Position numbers and translations under genes: made by a program
Notes under the pieces: generated by a model
What the model was told of the DNA's origin: nothing
Database searches by the model: none
The model's input: the letters and a program-made list of their open reading frames with translations, nothing else
Shown here: in pieces, positions 43,282 through 47,359 of the stretch
How the letters are laid out: each line of letters begins with the position of its first letter
How positions within the stretch are numbered: position 1 is the stretch's first letter
Virus record (IMG/VR): IMGVR_UViG_3300030376_007240
Span: 1 to 47,359 of that record
DNA from: a virus
Taxonomy: Duplodnaviria > Caudoviricetes
Length of the DNA: 47,359 bases
Reading direction: 5' to 3' (one strand)

Positions 43282-45108
43282 TTATCTTCTTCCATCTGGT
43301 TGTATGTCAAAACGTTGTGTTCCTAATCTCCAAGCTGTGCCTGTAGTATTTGAAACTAGGTTGACTGTAAATTCTCTACCTCTACCTCTTAAACTCACAA
43401 AGTCTGTGGTATCTGAGAAGCTTGTAGTTTTAGTTACACTAATACTATTGTTTGGATAATTCTTAAATTCAAGTTTTGCATTTAATACACCTGCTTGATT
43501 TTCAACGTCAGGAATAATTTTAGATACAAAAGCAAATTCGTCGCCTTGAGCTATTTGTACTACTCCTGATTTAACAAAAGCAGTAATTGCCTCTCCGTCA
43601 GCATCATTTCCTGTTTCGTGTAAAAACATTTGTGTAGCTCCATCTGTAAGACCTAATATGACCTCGTTGTTTGCCGTGGTCGATGGTAAGTAGTCTGATG
43701 CCACAGGGTTATCAAAAACTTCTCTATCAATCCATGTTGTTCTGTCAAGAGTTCCTGTCCACCAAGTTTGTTCTAAATAATTATAAGCTACTATCGCATT
43801 TATCTCGTTAGAGCCTGTTCTAGGATAAAACCACATAATCTCATTGAATTCACCATTGTGCCCTGCAAAAGCGTTTTCAGAACCTGTTACATTAATATTG
43901 TCAAATACAAACTGTTCCACAGTGCACGGTAATTTTTTAACTGAACCATCAAATAAGAAGAAAGAATCTTGTGACATCCAATAGCTTATACCATTAATGT
44001 CTATACCTGCGTGCATACCTATTATGCCACAATTCTGACCTAATTGTCTTAAACCAAAAGTAAATGGTGGACCAATAAATTGTAGCCCATGAAGAGATGT
44101 GTCTGTCCAAACAAGTATCTGACCTCTTGATCTTTCAGCGGCCACGATTCGTGATCCGTCGGCAATTCTTAAAGAGCCCGCAGTATTTTCTGCTGTTGGT
44201 TGATAAGTATTTATATCTTCTTGACTAGAAAATCTAATCAATAAATCATCTTGGCTGTTAGGTGTTGCAATAGTTTTCTCAGTACCCATAAACAGTAAGT
44301 GTCTGTCTGGAGTTGAAACTAAACTTATTCTTGATGCTGTTGGTGCGCTTGCTATAGCTGTTGCTCTTGTTGATACACCTGTTGAAGGCTTCCACTCAAA
44401 AGCTCCACCATTTAAAACAGTGGCAACTAAATTTTCACCGAAGTTATCTAAAGACCATTGTCTTGCTTCTAGAGTAACATTAGATGTGGATCTTGGCGTG
44501 TTCCATGTTGATATACCATAAGTATCTGTACCCCAACCAAAAGCAGGAACTGAAAATTCAGGACCTAAATTAAGTTGATAGTTCATGTTACCAGTGCCTC
44601 CACCTGCAGCGGTAGAACCTGAAGCAGTGCCTGTATGAGTTACCACATAAGCAGCAGTATTGACGACAGAGGTAACTTCGAACTCCTTATTCATATCTAA
44701 TCCATCAATGGCTGAAAAAGAATCAAAAGTCACAAAACTACCTTGAACACATCCATGACCTGCATCAGTGACCACCACAGAAGTAGTAGCGTTTGTGGTA
44801 AAAGGATTTGTTCTTGCTTGAGTTCTTCTAATTGGTGTTATGTCGTAAGCTAAACCTTCTTGTATTAAGTAAAGTTTTCTGTCAGTGCCTATAGCGTTCT
44901 GTCTTACTCCGTCTAAAGATACCCATGCGTGTTGGTCTCTAGCGGCTCCTACTAATGTAGTAGAAATAAACTTTTGCCATCCCTTGATTTTTTGTGCAGA
45001 TCCTTGGAAAAAGCGAACCATATCACCATCAGTCCACTTACCCTGACCTGTATAATCAGTAACTTCTTTGTTAATACCGGGTGCGGGTCTAAAATTTACT
45101 AGGGGCAT
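43282..45108 (-). CDS. Tail tubular protein B / P22 gp10-like nozzle protein
   Basis: 608 aa beta-propeller-like; WSLDNFGE, IRFSSQED, EIMWFYP, WRLG..RFD.QPDGRR. Confidence 0.75.
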   Translation of the reverse strand: MPLVNFRPAPGINKEVTDYTGQGKWTDGDMVRFFQGSAQKIKGWQKFISTTLVGAARDQHAWVSLDGVRQNAIGTDRKLYLIQEGLAYDITPIRRTQARTNPFTTNATTSVVVTDAGHGCVQGSFVTFDSFSAIDGLDMNKEFEVTSVVNTAAYVVTHTGTASGSTAAGGGTGNMNYQLNLGPEFSVPAFGWGTDTYGISTWNTPRSTSNVTLEARQWSLDNFGENLVATVLNGGAFEWKPSTGVSTRATAIASAPTASRISLVSTPDRHLLFMGTEKTIATPNSQDDLLIRFSSQEDINTYQPTAENTAGSLRIADGSRIVAAERSRGQILVWTDTSLHGLQFIGPPFTFGLRQLGQNCGIIGMHAGIDINGISYWMSQDSFFLFDGSVKKLPCTVEQFVFDNINVTGSENAFAGHNGEFNEIMWFYPRTGSNEINAIVAYNYLEQTWWTGTLDRTTWIDREVFDNPVASDYLPSTTANNEVILGLTDGATQMFLHETGNDADGEAITAFVKSGVVQIAQGDEFAFVSKIIPDVENQAGVLNAKLEFKNYPNNSISVTKTTSFSDTTDFVSLRGRGREFTVNLVSNTTGTAWRLGTQRFDIQPDGRR

Positions 45109-45120
45109 TGTGCGAATATA

Positions 45121-45588
45121 CTATAAAATTGGTACAAAATCCATAGCGACTGTTATTCTATCGCTTTTTACTTTATCAACACCATGTAAGGCGTCTGATT
45201 TGAACAATATAGCAAACCCTTCTTTTTCTTCAACATGTTGTTTTTTGTCATTAATCATAAAATATAAACAATTATTGATAGATGGTTTGATTATAATAAT
45301 AAGAGAATATTCTTCGGGTTGATGATGATGAAGTTTTGTCCAATTGAATTTTTGATAGTAGTTAACCCACCAAGATGATTTTTTCCATTTATGACTATTA
45401 TTTACTTTAGGCAATATATTCTCAATAACAAAATCACCAATATCATGTAAAAATTGATAGTTGGGATTAAATCCTGATGTGAGTGATTTAACGTTTTTTA
45501 AGTCTTTTTCCCAATTGTCTTTTTCTTGATAAACAAAATTAGAGATATTTACACAATCATTATGTGGTATCTCAAAGGTTATAAACAC
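45121..45588 (-). CDS. Putative 2OG-Fe(II) oxygenase
   Basis: WVNYY...HHH, F.S...HGV, RITVA. Confidence 0.72.
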   Translation of the reverse strand: MFITFEIPHNDCVNISNFVYQEKDNWEKDLKNVKSLTSGFNPNYQFLHDIGDFVIENILPKVNNSHKWKKSSWWVNYYQKFNWTKLHHHQPEEYSLIIIIKPSINNCLYFMINDKKQHVEEKEGFAILFKSDALHGVDKVKSDRITVAMDFVPIL

Positions 45589-45592
45589 GAGA

Positions 45593-46411
45593 TTATTTAT
45601 TTGCTTTTTGCACGAGAGAACCTACATGGCCTTTAAAGGCTCTATTACCAAAGTGTGTTAATGGCATAGCTAAGTCTGCCCATATCTCACCACCACACTC
45701 TTGCCATAATCTTGAGAAGTAATAATCTTCAGAGAGATATCTAATTTGTGTTTTGCCATCTCTTGTTTTCGTTTCATAAGGACCTACAGCGAACAGATCA
45801 TAACAATTGTCTGACTTGTAACTTTGTCCATTTACAATTTGATCTGACTCATATTTTCTTTCAGGAAATTTTTTCATCATAGTCCTAAACACCTCTCTCT
45901 TAACAAGCATCATTCCTGTAGCAGCTTCTTGTACAGGAAAAAAACCTTGCTCCCCTTTTAAATTAAGAGGATCATCAAAGTTTACATTATACCCCAAACA
46001 CCTAGCTTCAATTTCATCTGGTTGTGCATTAGGGTTTTCTTCTAAAATTCCTTTTATCTTTTCTATATAAAGATGTTTTCTAGGGTAAATTCCACATGCA
46101 ACATCTTTGTCTGCACATATTAATCTTTCAATATTTTGCCAATTAAATCCTATGTCAGCATCTATAAATAATAAATGAGTAGCTGCAAAATCAGTTTGAT
46201 CCATCATCATAGAAACAATGGTATTTCTAGCTCTAGTAATTAAACTTTCATTACCCATAGTCTGTATTCTTAAATGTACATTATTAGTTGCAGTCCAAGA
46301 TTGAAGCTCTAGCAAACCATGCATTGTGCTTTCAGTAAGCATGCCACCGTACATTGGCATACCTAAAAATATTTTTAAATTCTTATCTTTTATTTCTTCT
46401 GGTTTAATCAT
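45593..46411 (-). CDS. GT-A fold glycosyltransferase-like protein
   Basis: ESLITRARN, LLFIDADI, ATGMML, LSEDYYF, LTH.G. Confidence 0.75.
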   Translation of the reverse strand: MIKPEEIKDKNLKIFLGMPMYGGMLTESTMHGLLELQSWTATNNVHLRIQTMGNESLITRARNTIVSMMMDQTDFAATHLLFIDADIGFNWQNIERLICADKDVACGIYPRKHLYIEKIKGILEENPNAQPDEIEARCLGYNVNFDDPLNLKGEQGFFPVQEAATGMMLVKREVFRTMMKKFPERKYESDQIVNGQSYKSDNCYDLFAVGPYETKTRDGKTQIRYLSEDYYFSRLWQECGGEIWADLAMPLTHFGNRAFKGHVGSLVQKANK

Positions 46412-47025
46412 TATTTTCTCCTTGACGATTCACTGTAACCTATGTTTGGTCTACTATCATATGCCCATTCAGGATAATGTGGCCCTTCCATATCAATATA
46501 ATGAAGGAAGCATTGCGCACAATGATCTCCCTGTAGTTTGTTTCTCCAATGCACCAACTCTTCCCCCATGTAAATAATACCATCTCCAGGGTTCATAGTT
46601 ATTTCTGCTTCCATAGAATAACCATTCTCTATATCTTCACCTTTATTTAATTTTCCAAAATAAATTGGCCAAGGTTCTCCACCAAAATTAATAGTTACTG
46701 AATATTCACAAGACTCTCTATCTCTATGAGGCTTTAGAGTTTCACCTCTAGTATAAACTCTTGAATAAGAGTATGTAGGACATAAGTTCTTTTTTGTAAT
46801 TTCAGATATAGTAGGTAATAAAATACCTGACAAAGTTTCTGTGGTAATGTCAGAATAACAGTATCTTATATATTTAATTGCACTATCTTCCTTGGAATTA
46901 GAAAATTCAAGGTTGGTACATGCTTTGATTATTAAATAATTATAAATAAAACTTGATATTTTTGGATCTACTAAATTTGGAACGTGTACATAATCATTTT
47001 TTTTAAAATATTCTATTCTGTCCAT
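46411..47025 (-). CDS. 2OG-Fe(II) oxygenase / prolyl-hydroxylase-like protein
   Basis: PTYSYSRVY..G..L.PHRDR..CE.S, Y.G....HWR, Q.FLHY. Confidence 0.82.
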   Translation of the reverse strand: MDRIEYFKKNDYVHVPNLVDPKISSFIYNYLIIKACTNLEFSNSKEDSAIKYIRYCYSDITTETLSGILLPTISEITKKNLCPTYSYSRVYTRGETLKPHRDRESCEYSVTINFGGEPWPIYFGKLNKGEDIENGYSMEAEITMNPGDGIIYMGEELVHWRNKLQGDHCAQCFLHYIDMEGPHYPEWAYDSRPNIGYSESSRRK

Positions 47026-47357
47026 ATCACCAAAACTTTCCTAGTCCCTTTTGTTAAAGGAACTACACTATGAGGAAACATGAAATTAGAAGGAAAACAA
47101 ACAACATCTCCACGGCCTATTTTAATACCTTTTTCTGCATTTTGAACAAACAACTCTCCTCCTTCATATTCATTAGGATCGTTTAATCCAATCAATAAAG
47201 TAAGTGCCCTTGGAGCATCTTTAAAATAATCAGTGTGATAATCATAATGACCACCATTTTTGCCTTCATAATATAAAAATTCAAAATAGTTATTGGTAGA
47301 AAAATACCATGATGAAATCTTTTCTCGATATTCATTTTCAATAGTGCTTGTAAATCT
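47013..47357 (-). CDS. 2OG-Fe(II) oxygenase; 5' end truncated by the window
   Basis: Frame open to the window edge: YDYHTD, YEGGEL, FPS.FMFPHSV.P..KGTR. Confidence 0.85.
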   Translation of the reverse strand, partial: RFTSTIENEYREKISSWYFSTNNYFEFLYYEGKNGGHYDYHTDYFKDAPRALTLLIGLNDPNEYEGGELFVQNAEKGIKIGRGDVVCFPSNFMFPHSVVPLTKGTRKVLVIWTE

Positions 47358-47359
47358 TT

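Noticed and set aside
1-47359. tRNA, rRNA, integrase, transposase, RNA polymerase, reverse transcriptase or alternative genetic code
   Set aside because: None recognised by eye; long ORFs are intact under the standard code. tRNAscan-SE and HMM searches would confirm.

Overview
This window is a continuous piece of a tailed dsDNA bacteriophage genome. It is AT-rich, has no recognisable host genes, integrase, tRNA or CRISPR array, and is truncated in CDSs at both ends. The layout (podovirus-type portal, tail-tubular and internal virion proteins, Mu-gpT-like capsid, GroES, Leu762 family-A polymerase, SF1 and SNF2 helicases, AEP primase) resembles marine alphaproteobacterial podophages of the HTVC023P-like kind; this placement is recognition from memory, not a search result. 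Modules: head and packaging on the minus strand (1-12442); an unusual island between TerL and TerS (12443-16578); early, modification and replication genes (17520-31885); lysis, internal virion and tail genes interleaved with at least five 2OG-Fe(II) oxygenases and a glycosyltransferase (31882-47359). The most notable elements read from the sequence are: a complete type II hammerhead ribozyme (about 15382-15460) inside an array of five 15-bp pseudo-palindromes next to an amidoligase/glutamine-amidotransferase cassette; a C5 DNA methyltransferase whose missing motif IX appears to be encoded by a nested +1-frame ORF; a 300-nt hairpin cluster exposing anti-Shine-Dalgarno/anti-AUG sequences; a double-pseudoknot RNA downstream of the capsid gene; an apparent AUU start for the SF1 helicase; and a recurrent [AK]-[DEN]-G-G motif in several putative virion-internal proteins.
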